From Clostridia bacterium (GTDB taxonomy: Bacteria; Bacillota; Clostridia; RGIG6154): a stretch of DNA of 64,000 bases. Position numbers and translations under genes: made by a program. The stretch lies in NCBI GenBank assembly GCA_045589295.1, contig JAZNOU010000013.1, positions 1 through 64,000 on the forward strand, read 5' to 3'. Below the pieces are notes generated by a model, which worked only from the letters and a program-made list of their open reading frames with translations, had not been told where the DNA came from and ran no database searches. Below, piece after piece: positions 28,796 through 39,739 of the stretch. Every line of letters starts with the position of its first letter. Position 1 is the first letter of the stretch.

Positions 28796-29497
28796 TTATT
28801 CACCGCAAAATTCTTTTAAGCATCTTTCATAAGCTTCAACAGGATCAGTTGCCTGAGTTATAGGACGTCCTACAACTATGTAATCAGAGCCAATTCTGTT
28901 AGCATCTTCAGGTGTTGTAACTCTAACCTGGTCGCCTTTTTCACCATCAGCAAATCTGACACCCGGAGTTACTGTTAAAAAGTCTTTTCCACAAACAGCT
29001 TTAACATCTGCTGCCTCTAAAGGTGAGCAAACAACACCATCAAGCCCTGCAACCAACGCATTCTTAGCATAATGAGCAACAACTTCTTTTAATGGTTTAT
29101 CTATTAAAAGGTCGTTTTTCATTCTTTCTTCGCTTGTTGAAGTAAGCTGGGTTACCGCAATGAGTAGCGGTCTTGTTCCGTCTTCTTTAGTTAAGCCCTC
29201 AACAGCAGCTTTCATCATTTCTATTGTTCCTGATGCGTGAAGATTTGTCATATCAACATCCAATTCAGATAAAACTTTCATTGATTTTTTAACTGTGTTT
29301 GGAATGTCACACAATTTCAAATCAAGAAAAATTTTGTGACCTCTCTTTTTGATTTCTCTTACGATTTCAGGACCTTCTGCATAAAAAAGCTCCATACCGA
29401 TTTTAACATAAGGTTTTCTTCCTGTGAACTTATCCAAAAAACTCAAAACCTGATCTTTTCCGTCGAAGTCACAAGCAATAATAACATCTTTACCCAT
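28796..29497 (-). CDS. pyrF: Orotidine-5'-phosphate decarboxylase
   Basis: [26 protein letters not shown]. Confidence 0.95.
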   Translation of the reverse strand: MGKDVIIACDFDGKDQVLSFLDKFTGRKPYVKIGMELFYAEGPEIVREIKKRGHKIFLDLKLCDIPNTVKKSMKVLSELDVDMTNLHASGTIEMMKAAVEGLTKEDGTRPLLIAVTQLTSTSEERMKNDLLIDKPLKEVVAHYAKNALVAGLDGVVCSPLEAADVKAVCGKDFLTVTPGVRFADGEKGDQVRVTTPEDANRIGSDYIVVGRPITQATDPVEAYERCLKEFCGE

Positions 29498-30407
29498 TAT
29501 GTGCCACTCCTATTATATCTTTCAAATTTTTTATATTATATTTTTCCATTCTTTCAGGAAGTTTTTCAATAATTTCCTTGCAGACAAAAGGATTTACAAG
29601 ATTTGCCGCTCCTACCTGAACTGCAGTTGCTCCTGCCATCATCATTTCTATAACATCGTCAGCAGATGAAACTCCACCCATTCCTATAACAGGAATTTTA
29701 ACCGCTTCTGTTACTTTATAAACCATAGAAAGTGCAACAGGGAAAATTGCATCACCTGAAAAACCGCCACATTTTTGTGCTACAACTGGTTTTTTGCGGT
29801 TTAAATCTATCCTCATACCAACTAAGGTGTTTATTAGGCTAAGTCCGTCTGCACCTGCATCTTCGCAAGCCTTTGCTATTGAAACAATATCAGTTACATT
29901 CGGGCTTAATTTTATATAAACAGGTTTTGTAGTAACCTTTTTAACCGCTTTTGTAACATCAGAAACATTTTTTTCACTTGTTCCAAAACTCATACCACCG
30001 TTATGGACATTAGGACAACTTACATTAACCTCGATAATTCCTACTTGTTCTTCTTTGTCAATTTTTTCACAGCAATATACATATTCATCTATTGAAAAAC
30101 CACTTATATTTGCAATAACTTTTTTGTTAAAGCACTGCTTTAATTTTGGCAACTCTTCAGATATAACTTTTTCAATTCCGGGATTTTGAAGTCCCACAGA
30201 ATTTATCATACCGCTTTTACATTCTGCAATTCTCGGAGTAGGATTGCCAAAACGGGGTTCTTTTGTTGTTCCCTTAAATGAAAATGAACCAAGACAGTTA
30301 ATATCATAAAGTTCTGCAAATTCATAACCAAAACCAAATGTTCCGCTCGCAGGGATAACAGGATTGTCAAGCGTAATTCCGCTTAAAGTTACTTTTGTAT
30401 CTACCAT
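29490..30407 (-). CDS. pyrD: Dihydroorotate dehydrogenase 1B catalytic subunit
   Basis: [29 protein letters not shown]. Confidence 0.95.
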   Translation of the reverse strand: MVDTKVTLSGITLDNPVIPASGTFGFGYEFAELYDINCLGSFSFKGTTKEPRFGNPTPRIAECKSGMINSVGLQNPGIEKVISEELPKLKQCFNKKVIANISGFSIDEYVYCCEKIDKEEQVGIIEVNVSCPNVHNGGMSFGTSEKNVSDVTKAVKKVTTKPVYIKLSPNVTDIVSIAKACEDAGADGLSLINTLVGMRIDLNRKKPVVAQKCGGFSGDAIFPVALSMVYKVTEAVKIPVIGMGGVSSADDVIEMMMAGATAVQVGAANLVNPFVCKEIIEKLPERMEKYNIKNLKDIIGVAHNG

Positions 30408-31129
30408 ATTATCTCCTCCTTTACAAGCACAGGACCTTCTTTACAAATACGTTTATTGCCATATTTTGTTTTGCAGCTGCAACCCATACAAGCGCCAAAG
30501 CCACAGCCCATTCTTTCTTCAAAACTAAACTCTCCATCTGTTTTAGAAATGTCATAAATTGCTTTAAGCATAGGTTCTGGACCGCAAGCATAGGTATACG
30601 TGTACTCTAAAGTTTTAAGTGCTTCTGTCACAAACCCTTTAATTCCAAAACTGCCATCTACTGTTGTAACTATTGTGCTACAAACATTTGAAAATTCATC
30701 AAGGTAGTAAATCTCATCTTTTGTGTTAAATCCCATAATCACAGTAGGATTTTTGCCTTGTGCTTTTAATGCCTTTGCAAGATTATACATAGGTGGCACA
30801 CCTGCACCGCCACCTATTAAAACGGGACTATTTCCGCTTTTTGAAATATCAAAGCCGTTCCCAAGACCTGTCAAAACATCAAGCTGTCCGTCTTTCATTT
30901 CACTCATTTTTTCTGTGCCTTTTCCTACAACCTTATAAAGAATTGTAAATTCGTTATCTTTGTAATCACACACAGAAATAGGTCTTCTTAGAAAGTATCC
31001 ATCAAGCTTGATGTTTACAAACTGACCAGGCGCAGAAATTGCGCTCGCGTCACCTGTAAGCACCATTTTATACATACTTTCACTGAGCTTAATATTTTCT
31101 TTTATATCAAACAAACCTTGTTTTAACAT
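30401..31129 (-). CDS. pyrK: Dihydroorotate dehydrogenase electron transfer subunit
   Basis: PGQFV, RRPIS, GGGAGVPP, CGPEPM, MGCGFGACMGC..RICKEGPV. Confidence 0.93.
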   Translation of the reverse strand: MLKQGLFDIKENIKLSESMYKMVLTGDASAISAPGQFVNIKLDGYFLRRPISVCDYKDNEFTILYKVVGKGTEKMSEMKDGQLDVLTGLGNGFDISKSGNSPVLIGGGAGVPPMYNLAKALKAQGKNPTVIMGFNTKDEIYYLDEFSNVCSTIVTTVDGSFGIKGFVTEALKTLEYTYTYACGPEPMLKAIYDISKTDGEFSFEERMGCGFGACMGCSCKTKYGNKRICKEGPVLVKEEIIW

Positions 31130-31139
31130 TATTTTCTCC

Positions 31140-34100
31140 TTACGCATCTATTGTTGAAATTGTAAGTGTAATTTCTTCTAATACATCAAGCAATACTTTA
31201 ACTGTATCTAGTGCAGTAAAGATTGTAGCATTGTTTTCAGTTGCCAATCTTCTTATCTGGTAACCATCACTGGTTTCTTTACCCATTGAGCCTATATCCT
31301 GAGTATTGATGATGTATGCAATATGACCCTGTCTGATTGCATCAGGGATTTCTTCACTACCGTCGCTTATTTTCTTAAGAACGTGTGTACGGATACCATT
31401 TTCTTTTAAGAAATCAGCAGTACCTTGTGTTGCCTCAATATTAAAGCCAAGATTATAAAATCTTCTGATTAACGGAAGTGCTTCCTCTTTATCTTTGTCA
31501 GCAATAGTTGCAAATACTGTTCCATACTTCTGCAAATGCATACCTGATGCCTGAAGTGCTTTGAAAAGTGCACGATTTAATTTATCATCATAACCGATTG
31601 CTTCGCCTGTTGATTTCATTTCAGGTGAAAGATAAGCATCCAATCCTCTGATTTTATTAAATGAGAACACCGGAACTTTAACATACCAACGTTTTTTCTC
31701 TTCAGGATAGATATCGAAAATTCCCTGTTCTTTTAAAGATTTACCCATAATAACTTCTGTTGCAATATCAGCCAGGCTATATCCTGTTGCTTTTGAAAGG
31801 AAAGGAACAGTTCTTGATGAACGTGGATTTACTTCGATAATGAATACATTTTCATTTTCGTCAACAATAAACTGGATGTTGAACAATCCAACAATACCAA
31901 TACCAAGTCCTAATTTTTTAGCGTACTGCAAAATTATTCCTTTTACCTTGTCGGAAATACTAAATGCTGGATAAACGCTAATTGAGTCACCTGAATGAAC
32001 ACCAGTACGTTCAACGAGTTCCATAATTCCCGGAACAAACACATCTCTGCCATCACAAATTGCATCAACTTCAACTTCTTTACCCTGAATGTATTTATCA
32101 ACCAAAACAGGCTTGTCTTCATCAATTTCTACTGCTGTTTTAAGATAGTGACGGAGTTGCTGCTCATTTGCAACAATCTGCATTGCTCTGCCGCCTAATA
32201 CAAAACTTGGTCTTACAAGCACAGGATAACCAATAGCAGCAGCTGCTTCAATACCATCTTCAATTTTTGTTACTGCTCTTCCTTTTGGCTGAGGAATATC
32301 AAGTTCCTGAAGAATTTTTTCAAAACTATCTCGGTTTTCTGCACGCTCAATTGCTTCACAGTCAGTACCGATAATTTTAACACCTCTCTGCATCAATGGT
32401 TCAGCCAGGTTAATTGCAGTTTGTCCACCAAGTGAAGCAATAACACCTTCCGGCTTTTCAAACTCAATTATATTCATAACATCTTCTGTAGTAAGTGGTT
32501 CAAAGTAGAGCTTATCAGCAGTTGTATAATCTGTTGAAACAGTTTCAGGATTGTTGTTTATAATAATCGCTTCATAACCTGAATTTTTTATAGTTGTAAC
32601 TGCATGAACTGTTGAATAGTCAAATTCTACACCCTGACCTATTCTGATTGGACCTGCACCTAGAACAATAAGTTTTTTCTTGTCTGAAAGAAGTGATTTA
32701 TTTTCACCTGTATATGAAGAATAGAAATATGGGATATATGCACCAGTGTGACATGTATCAACCATTTTATAAACAGGGAAAATGTTATTTTCTTTTCTCA
32801 AATTAAATACTTCAAGCTCACTTAAACCCCAGAGTTTTGCAATAAACTTATCTGAAAATCCCATTTTCTTTGCAGAAATCAAGGTTTCAATATTATTTAT
32901 ATTTTCTTTTATTTCTTTTTCTTTTTCAACAATGCTCTTAAGCGCTTCTAAGAAATATGGAGTGATTTTAGTAACCTCGTATAATTCATCGATTGTTGTT
33001 CCAAGTCTTATAAGTTCAGCAATAGCAAAAATATTATCATCTTTAAATTCTTTAATATATTCAAAGAGTTCTGCTTTTGCCATATTATCAAACTTTGGCA
33101 AATGGAAGTGATATGCTCCTACTTCAAGACTTCTTACTGACTTAAGTAAACATTCTTCCAAAGAAGAGCCAATTCCCATAACTTCGCCTGTTGCTTTCAT
33201 CTGAGTGCCCAATGTGTTTGGTGCAGATGTGAATTTATCAAACGGAAATCTTGGAAGCTTTGCAATAACATAATCAAGCTGCGGCTCAAATCTTGCTGTT
33301 GTATTAGCTATTTTAATGTCTTCTAAAGCCATACCAACTGCAATTTTTGCAGTTACTCTTGCAATTGGGTATCCGCTTGCTTTTGATGCAAGTGCAGAAG
33401 AACGTGAAACTCTTGGGTTAACCTCAATGAGATAATACTCGCTTGAATTTGGATTAAGCGCAAACTGAACGTTACATCCGCCCTCTATTTTAAGTTCGCG
33501 GATAAGTTTAATCGCACTGTCGTTTAACATTTTAAGATCGTGGTCATTTAATGTCATAATAGGCGCTACTACAATAGAGTCACCTGTGTGGACACCAACG
33601 GGATCAATATTTTCCATACCACAGATTGTTATTGCAGTATCGTTTGAATCACGCATTACCTCAAATTCAATTTCTTTAAAACCTTTTACACTTTTTTCAA
33701 TCAAAACCTGGTGTACTGGAGATAATTTAAACGCATTTGTGCCGATTTCAACCAACTCTTCTTCATTGTTTGCAAATCCGCCGCCTGTACCACCAAGAGT
33801 AAACGCAGGACGGAGTACAACCGGATATCCGATTTCTTTTGCTGCTTTTTTTGCTTCTTCCAAAGAATATGTAATTTCAGAAGGAATTGTAGGTTCGCCG
33901 ATTGACTGGCAAAGCTCTTTAAAAAGTTCTCTGTCTTCCGCTCTTTCAATACTTTCACTGCTTGTTCCCAAAAGCTGAACACCGCATTCTTTTAAGATAC
34001 CTTTTTTCTCAAGCTGCATTGCAAGGTTAAGGCCTGTCTGTCCGCCAATACCCGGAACGATTGCATCAGGTCTTTCGTATCTTAAAATTTTTGCAATATA

Positions 34101-34316
34101 TTCAAGTGTCAAAGGCTCCATATAAACCTTATCTGCAATTGTTGTATCAGTCATAATTGTAGCAGGGTTTGAGTTACAAAGTACAACTTCATAGCCTTCT
34201 TCTTTGAGCGCTAAACAAGCCTGTGTACCTGCATAGTCAAACTCTGCAGCCTGACCAATTACAATAGGTCCTGAGCCGATAATCAAAACTTTTTTAATGT
34301 CAGTTCTTTTTGCCAT
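31140..34316 (-). CDS. carB: Carbamoyl-phosphate synthase large subunit
   Basis: GSGPIVIGQAAEFDY, duplicated ATP-grasp halves (EVNPRVSRSS, EVNPRSSRT), C-terminal MGS-like domain. Confidence 0.96.
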   Translation of the reverse strand: MAKRTDIKKVLIIGSGPIVIGQAAEFDYAGTQACLALKEEGYEVVLCNSNPATIMTDTTIADKVYMEPLTLEYIAKILRYERPDAIVPGIGGQTGLNLAMQLEKKGILKECGVQLLGTSSESIERAEDRELFKELCQSIGEPTIPSEITYSLEEAKKAAKEIGYPVVLRPAFTLGGTGGGFANNEEELVEIGTNAFKLSPVHQVLIEKSVKGFKEIEFEVMRDSNDTAITICGMENIDPVGVHTGDSIVVAPIMTLNDHDLKMLNDSAIKLIRELKIEGGCNVQFALNPNSSEYYLIEVNPRVSRSSALASKASGYPIARVTAKIAVGMALEDIKIANTTARFEPQLDYVIAKLPRFPFDKFTSAPNTLGTQMKATGEVMGIGSSLEECLLKSVRSLEVGAYHFHLPKFDNMAKAELFEYIKEFKDDNIFAIAELIRLGTTIDELYEVTKITPYFLEALKSIVEKEKEIKENINNIETLISAKKMGFSDKFIAKLWGLSELEVFNLRKENNIFPVYKMVDTCHTGAYIPYFYSSYTGENKSLLSDKKKLIVLGAGPIRIGQGVEFDYSTVHAVTTIKNSGYEAIIINNNPETVSTDYTTADKLYFEPLTTEDVMNIIEFEKPEGVIASLGGQTAINLAEPLMQRGVKIIGTDCEAIERAENRDSFEKILQELDIPQPKGRAVTKIEDGIEAAAAIGYPVLVRPSFVLGGRAMQIVANEQQLRHYLKTAVEIDEDKPVLVDKYIQGKEVEVDAICDGRDVFVPGIMELVERTGVHSGDSISVYPAFSISDKVKGIILQYAKKLGLGIGIVGLFNIQFIVDENENVFIIEVNPRSSRTVPFLSKATGYSLADIATEVIMGKSLKEQGIFDIYPEEKKRWYVKVPVFSFNKIRGLDAYLSPEMKSTGEAIGYDDKLNRALFKALQASGMHLQKYGTVFATIADKDKEEALPLIRRFYNLGFNIEATQGTADFLKENGIRTHVLKKISDGSEEIPDAIRQGHIAYIINTQDIGSMGKETSDGYQIRRLATENNATIFTALDTVKVLLDVLEEITLTISTIDA

Positions 34317-34335
34317 TTTTATTTCCTCCCGTAAA

Positions 34336-35556
34336 TTAAATCAAATTTCCATCCTTAACTGTAAACAAATGTTTTCCAAAGAGCTTGTCCCCTTCAAAAG
34401 GAGTTGCTTTTCCCATTGAAACAAATTCTTTTGGATTAACTTTAAACTCTTTATCTAAATCCCATACGCAGTAATCATTCCCAAGTGGTATGTCAAAGCG
34501 TTTTCTAGGGTTTATTGACATAATCTCAATAAGCTTTTCCAATGTTATAATTTCTGTTTTTACAAGATGTGTATATAAAAGCGGAAACGCAATTTCTATG
34601 CCTGTTATTCCAAATGCACTCTTTTCAAGTCCTTTCGATTTCTCATCTTCCGAGTGCGGTGCATGGTCGGTTGCTATCATATCAATTGTTCCATCTTTGA
34701 TGCCCTCAATAAGTGCTTCTTTATCCTCTTTTGCTCTTAGCGGAGGATTCATTTTAAATTTTCCGTCTTCTTTCAAGTCGGCATCAGTTAAAATAAGATA
34801 GTGCGGTGCAGTTTCGCAAGTAACGTCTACCCTTCTTTTTTTTGCCTGTCTTATAAGTTCAACACTCTCTTTTGTTGAAATATGGCACACGTGGTACTTA
34901 ACTCCTGTTTTTTCAGCTAAGCTCAAATCTCTTTCAATCTGCTTCCATTCACTTTCGGAACATATCCCTTTATGACCGTGCTTTTTTGCGTATTCGCCGT
35001 CGTGAATGTAACCACCATTTAAAAGTTCATTTACTTCACAGTGAGCAACTATCATCTTGCCAAGCGCTTTTGCTTTACTCATTGCGCTTTCCATCATTTC
35101 ATCACTCTGCACGCCTCTGCCGTCATCAGAAAACGCTATGCATAACTCATTCAAACCTTGCATATCGGAAAGTTCCTCGCCCATCTGTCCCTTAGTAATG
35201 GACGCATAAGGATAAACATTGATTACCGCGTCTTTTTCTATAATATCGAGTTGCTTTTTTATATTTTCCTTACTATCCGGTACAGGGTTTAAGTTTGGCA
35301 TACTGCACACCGCTGTATAACCACCTTTTGCGCAAGCCAAACTACCGCTTTTAATTGTTTCTTTATAAGAAAAACCCGGTTCACGCAAATGGACATGTAC
35401 ATCGCAAAAACCGGGGAAAATATGAACTTTTGAAAAATCGGAAATAGTGCCGCCTTGGGTTAAAGGCAGCTTACTTTCTCCACATGGAACAGTGATATCT
35501 TTAGTTATAAATTTGCCATTATCATAAACCATGGCATTTTTCAAAACAAAACCCAT
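34336..35556 (-). CDS. pyrC: Dihydroorotase
   Basis: DVHVHLREPG, MPNLNP, KMNPPLR, ATDHAPH. Confidence 0.94.
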   Translation of the reverse strand: MGFVLKNAMVYDNGKFITKDITVPCGESKLPLTQGGTISDFSKVHIFPGFCDVHVHLREPGFSYKETIKSGSLACAKGGYTAVCSMPNLNPVPDSKENIKKQLDIIEKDAVINVYPYASITKGQMGEELSDMQGLNELCIAFSDDGRGVQSDEMMESAMSKAKALGKMIVAHCEVNELLNGGYIHDGEYAKKHGHKGICSESEWKQIERDLSLAEKTGVKYHVCHISTKESVELIRQAKKRRVDVTCETAPHYLILTDADLKEDGKFKMNPPLRAKEDKEALIEGIKDGTIDMIATDHAPHSEDEKSKGLEKSAFGITGIEIAFPLLYTHLVKTEIITLEKLIEIMSINPRKRFDIPLGNDYCVWDLDKEFKVNPKEFVSMGKATPFEGDKLFGKHLFTVKDGNLI

Positions 35557-35571
35557 TTAACATTCTCCTGT

Positions 35572-35727
35572 TTTTAAAAAAAATCTTGTCGCACGACAAG
35601 ATTTTAAAATAGGCATAACGCACCCATTCCAACACAAAATTTTTAAAACCTTGTCGGCATCAATGTACCGCTCTTAAAGATTGTTTTTATCTTTATATAT
35701 TATAGCAAAGAGTAGTATATTTGTCAA
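35572..35727 (-). promoter_or_regulatory. pyr operon promoter and PyrR-type attenuator
   Basis: TTGACA-17-TATAAT (35727-35699); CTTTAA..GGTACATTGATGCC..AAGG binding loop; antiterminator CGACAAGGTTTTAAAA/TTTTAAAATCTTGTCG; terminator AATCTTGTCG-tg-CGACAAGATT plus U-run. Confidence 0.8.
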
Positions 35728-35734
35728 TAAAAAT

Positions 35735-36190
35735 TTATATATTTTCTTCAATATATTTTTCTAAAAGAAATGCTGCTTCATAAACAAGCTCGCTGCATGG
35801 TCTTTTCTTGTAAAACGAATCTGTTCTTTTTGTAGGAACAGGTGAATTTTCAATTTCTTTTAATCCTAAAAGTTCCTTACAAATATACGATCCATTGCTT
35901 AAAGCAAACTCTTTTGCAAACTGCTGAATTCTTGCGTAATGTTCCTTCTTTATGATATCATCCTTTGGGTCATCATAACCATAAAGGCAACCCAAAACCA
36001 TAAAAGCACCGCTGACTGCCCCGCAAACCTCTCTTAATCTTCCCATTCCACCACCAAAAGAAGAAGAAAGCTTAAGTGCAGTTGTTCTATCAATTCCCAT
36101 TACATCGGAAAATGCACAAAACACAGCCTGAGCACAATTATATCCTTCATTAAACAAATCTTTTGCAATCTGAGCATACATTTTTATCAC
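35735..36190 (-). CDS. C_GCAxxG_C_C family putative redox protein
   Basis: YNCAQAV, FGGGMG, VCGAVSG, ICKEL, RPC. Confidence 0.88.
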   Translation of the reverse strand: MIKMYAQIAKDLFNEGYNCAQAVFCAFSDVMGIDRTTALKLSSSFGGGMGRLREVCGAVSGAFMVLGCLYGYDDPKDDIIKKEHYARIQQFAKEFALSNGSYICKELLGLKEIENSPVPTKRTDSFYKKRPCSELVYEAAFLLEKYIEENI

Positions 36191-36192
36191 CT

Positions 36193-36711
36193 TTAAAACA
36201 ATTTAATATGAGATTTCAGTTTAACCGAAACTGCCGATGCAAGTATGATTTTCACAGCATCACCTAAAACAAAAGGCAACACACATACTATAATTCCCTG
36301 CACCAAAGTTGTTTTTGTAAAAATCACAAACCAAAGCAAACCAATTATGTAGCATAGAAGTGTTGCGATAAACATAGAAAAAATATAACCTGACAGTTTT
36401 TTCGTATTTTTACTAAAAGTTGCAACCACCACCGCACAAGGAACATAGCTTAATATAAAGCCCCCCAAAGGAGATGCAATTCTTTGAAGTCCACCTGAAA
36501 ATCCCGAAAACACAGGTAGCCCTGCCACTCCTAATAATATATACATTAAAACCGCAAATGCAGCTTTTTTACCACCCAGCACTGCGCCTGAAATATACAC
36601 AACGAAAGTCGCAAGTGAAACAGGCACTATACCTATTGGCAAACACAAAGGTGCAACCACGCACAAAACCGCTGTAAAAAGTGCAACAAAAACTATGTTT
36701 TTAGTTTTCAT
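36193..36711 (-). CDS. bioY: Biotin transporter BioY
   Basis: VPVSL, GLPVFSGFSGG, GGFI, PFVLGDAVK. Confidence 0.9.
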   Translation of the reverse strand: MKTKNIVFVALFTAVLCVVAPLCLPIGIVPVSLATFVVYISGAVLGGKKAAFAVLMYILLGVAGLPVFSGFSGGLQRIASPLGGFILSYVPCAVVVATFSKNTKKLSGYIFSMFIATLLCYIIGLLWFVIFTKTTLVQGIIVCVLPFVLGDAVKIILASAVSVKLKSHIKLF

Positions 36712-37432
36712 TATGAATGTCCTGCGCCATACCGAGCGCCACTCCTATCATCTGCGTAAAGCAAGTTTCTCTTTCTTCAGATGTAAGATACTGTTCCTTG
36801 ATAAGCTGATCTGAAACTGTAAAAATACCTAAGGCCTTTTTACCGGTAAGTGCCGCATTCATATAAAGTGCTGCACTTTCCATCTCTATTGCCAAAACCC
36901 CCATATTTGCCCAAGCATGCTTATCATTTGGATCAAAATCATAAAAGCTATCTGAGGAAACAACATTTCCCACATGATAATTCACACCAAGTTTTTCAGC
37001 ATTTGAAACCGCCTTTTGTGCGAGAGAAAAATCACCAATTGGCGCAAACGTGCCCGGAAGCTTAAATTTCTTTTCGTATCTTGAGTCAGTAGAAGCACCA
37101 AGTCCTATTACAAGGTCCATAACCTCAATATCTTTATTTATTGCTCCGCATGAACCAACTCTTATTATGTTGTCAACATCATAAAAATTAAAGAGTTCAT
37201 AACTGTAAATCCCCATCGACGGCATACCCATACCACTTGCCATAACAGTTACAGGTGTATCATTATAAAAACCTGTGTAGCCTTTAACTCCCCTGACATC
37301 ATTAACAAGCTTTGCATCTTTCAAAAAGTTACGTGCTATAAATTCAGAGCGGTTAGGATCTCCGGGCATAAGCACTGTTTTTGCAATTTCATTTTTTTGT
37401 GCCGCAATATGCGGTGTGGGACATTTTGACAT
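36701..37432 (-). CDS. deoD: Purine nucleoside phosphorylase, DeoD type
   Basis: TPHI, LMPGDP.R, SGMGMPS, IRVGSCG, IEMESA. Confidence 0.93.
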   Translation of the reverse strand: MSKCPTPHIAAQKNEIAKTVLMPGDPNRSEFIARNFLKDAKLVNDVRGVKGYTGFYNDTPVTVMASGMGMPSMGIYSYELFNFYDVDNIIRVGSCGAINKDIEVMDLVIGLGASTDSRYEKKFKLPGTFAPIGDFSLAQKAVSNAEKLGVNYHVGNVVSSDSFYDFDPNDKHAWANMGVLAIEMESAALYMNAALTGKKALGIFTVSDQLIKEQYLTSEERETCFTQMIGVALGMAQDIHNEN

Positions 37433-37442
37433 ATTTTTCTCC

Positions 37443-38315
37443 TTATTTAACTCTGTTTTCAAGTGATTTCACAAGTTCTTTTAAAAACTCGCCTTTCTCA
37501 CCAAAAATTTCAAGTGACTCAACTGCTTTTTGTGTGTATTCTGACACTAATGCCTTACATTTTTCATAACCATAAATCGAAAGATATGTACTCTTTCCAT
37601 TCTCAATATCGCTACCCTTGGTTTTGCCTGTATCAATATCAGGGTCATTATCCATAAGATCATCAACAAGCTGAAAAGCTAAGCCTAAATAATCACCATA
37701 CTTTGCCACTGCTTCAACTTCTTTTTCATTTGCACCGCAAGCTACTGCACCGCATACAACAGACGCTTTAAAAAGTGCACCTGTTTTTAATTTATTAAGC
37801 TCTGTAATAACTTCTTCACTCGCCTGTTTCCCCTCGTACGACAAATCAATCTGTTGCCCACCCATCATTCCGTGAACACCAGCAGCCTCTGCCATTATTG
37901 ATACAGCTTTAATCTGATTATGATTTTTTGCAAACTTTGTCATAATTTCAAAAGGTCTAACCATAAGAACGCACCCTGCTAAAATTGCAGTAGCCTCACC
38001 AAAAACCTTATGGTTGGTAGGCACACCTCTTCTTAAATCATCATCATCCATCGCTGGAAGGTCATCAAAAATAAGTGAGCTTGCATGAATCATTTCAATA
38101 GCTGCCGCAAAAGGTGCTGCATCTTCTATGTTTCCACCCGCCATTTCACTGGCCGCCAAAAGCATAACAGGCCTTATCCTTTTGCCGTTTGCGCCATAAC
38201 TATAGTTAACTGCATCCATAAGCTTTTTATACTCTGTATCGCCATTTAACATATAGTACTCTACTATTTTCTGTGCTGCATCATAATAACGCTTGAATTC
38301 TTTGTTAAAATCCAT
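37443..38315 (-). CDS. ispA: Farnesyl/geranyl diphosphate synthase
   Basis: GKRIRP, DDLPAMDDDDLRRG, GGQQID, KTG, FQLVDD. Confidence 0.92.
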   Translation of the reverse strand: MDFNKEFKRYYDAAQKIVEYYMLNGDTEYKKLMDAVNYSYGANGKRIRPVMLLAASEMAGGNIEDAAPFAAAIEMIHASSLIFDDLPAMDDDDLRRGVPTNHKVFGEATAILAGCVLMVRPFEIMTKFAKNHNQIKAVSIMAEAAGVHGMMGGQQIDLSYEGKQASEEVITELNKLKTGALFKASVVCGAVACGANEKEVEAVAKYGDYLGLAFQLVDDLMDNDPDIDTGKTKGSDIENGKSTYLSIYGYEKCKALVSEYTQKAVESLEIFGEKGEFLKELVKSLENRVK

Positions 38316-38318
38316 ATT

Positions 38319-38537
38319 TTACTCCTCATCCGGCATAAAATTTTCTTCGCCTGATTTGTTTGAAATTGTTATTTTTTGTTCCGCTTCATCAATGTATTTA
38401 TTACAAAGAGCTGCAAGCTTTACACCCTCTTCGTAAAGTTTAACTGCATTATCCAATCCTTCTTCTGAATTTTCAAGCTTTTCTGCAATTACCTCAAGTT
38501 TTTTTAAAGCCTGTTCAAAAGTTAACTTTTCAGCCAT
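38319..38537 (-). CDS. xseB: Exodeoxyribonuclease VII small subunit
   Basis: TFEQALKKLE..LE..L..AV.LYEEG; lies between xseA and ispA. Confidence 0.93.
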   Translation of the reverse strand: MAEKLTFEQALKKLEVIAEKLENSEEGLDNAVKLYEEGVKLAALCNKYIDEAEQKITISNKSGEENFMPDEE

Positions 38538-39739
38538 TGTTTTTTCTCCTTTTCAGTTACATTGGCACTTACAACGCCATCTTTAAAACAAAGTTTTACC
38601 TCGTCTCCACTATCAATATCATCTGTGCACTTAATGAGTTTATTATCTTTAAACACCGCACTGTATCCTCTTGACATAACTGCCAAAGGACTTAGTGCGT
38701 GAAGTTTAGCGCACGAAACTGCCAAACTTTCTTTAGCAAGTGAAAGTTTAATCAAAACTTTGTTTTCAATGCTTTTAAGGCAAGAATCTATATACATTCT
38801 TTTCTGATTGTAATTATTTAAAATACTCTGAACTGATATTTTCCCGCACACGGCTTTTAACGCCATAGATTTGCTTTCTAATATCTTTGCAAAACCAAAA
38901 TGAATTCTTTTTCGTTGCCCCAATATATAACCTTTCAGGTCAGCTACCGACATAACTGCAAGCTCTGCCGCCGCAGATGGTGTAGGTGCTCTTAAATCCG
39001 CTACAAAATCAGCTATTGTAAAATCTGTTTCATGACCTACTGCAGAAATGACAGGAATTTCAGATTCAAAAATTGCTTTTGCCACAATTTCTTCATTAAA
39101 AGCCCAAAGATCTTCTAACGATCCACCGCCTCTGCCGCATATTATTGTGTCACAATCACCTTTTTCGTTTACATCCCTGATAGCTCTTGCAATATCTTCT
39201 GCTGCACCATCTCCCTGAACGAGTGCTGGGTATACGCAAATATCACAAATTGGACATCTTCTTGATATTACATTTATAACATCCCTTACTGCAGCACCTG
39301 TAGGCGAAGTTATTACTGCAACCTTTTTAGGTAACAAAGGAATTTCCTTTTTATATTGCTCTGAAAAATAACCTTCCTGTTCCAGCTTGTTTTTAAGTTG
39401 CTCGTACGCAATGTAAAGTGCTCCTACCCCGTCAGGCTCTAAGGCATCGATATAAAGCTGATACTGTCCACCCTGCTCGTATACAGAAATTCTACCGTGA
39501 GCCAAAACAACCATTCCGTCTTCAGGCATAAATCTTAATTTAAAAGTGTTTCCTTTAAACATAACGGCTTTTAAAACAGCACCTGCATCTTTAAGTGTCA
39601 TATACATATGGCCCGAACTGTGATGCTTGAAATTGGAAATTTCACCTTTGACCCATACAGAAGACAAAATCACGTCATCTTCAACCATGCCTTTGATGTA
39701 AGTATTTACTTGTGAAACTGTTAAAGTATTACTCTTCAC
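38522..39739 (-). CDS. xseA: Exodeoxyribonuclease VII large subunit
   Basis: GEISNF, GHMYMTLKD, TSPTGAA, RGGGSLEDLW.FNEE, GHETD, APTPS; GTG start. Confidence 0.95.
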   Translation of the reverse strand: MKSNTLTVSQVNTYIKGMVEDDVILSSVWVKGEISNFKHHSSGHMYMTLKDAGAVLKAVMFKGNTFKLRFMPEDGMVVLAHGRISVYEQGGQYQLYIDALEPDGVGALYIAYEQLKNKLEQEGYFSEQYKKEIPLLPKKVAVITSPTGAAVRDVINVISRRCPICDICVYPALVQGDGAAEDIARAIRDVNEKGDCDTIICGRGGGSLEDLWAFNEEIVAKAIFESEIPVISAVGHETDFTIADFVADLRAPTPSAAAELAVMSVADLKGYILGQRKRIHFGFAKILESKSMALKAVCGKISVQSILNNYNQKRMYIDSCLKSIENKVLIKLSLAKESLAVSCAKLHALSPLAVMSRGYSAVFKDNKLIKCTDDIDSGDEVKLCFKDGVVSANVTEKEKKQWLKS

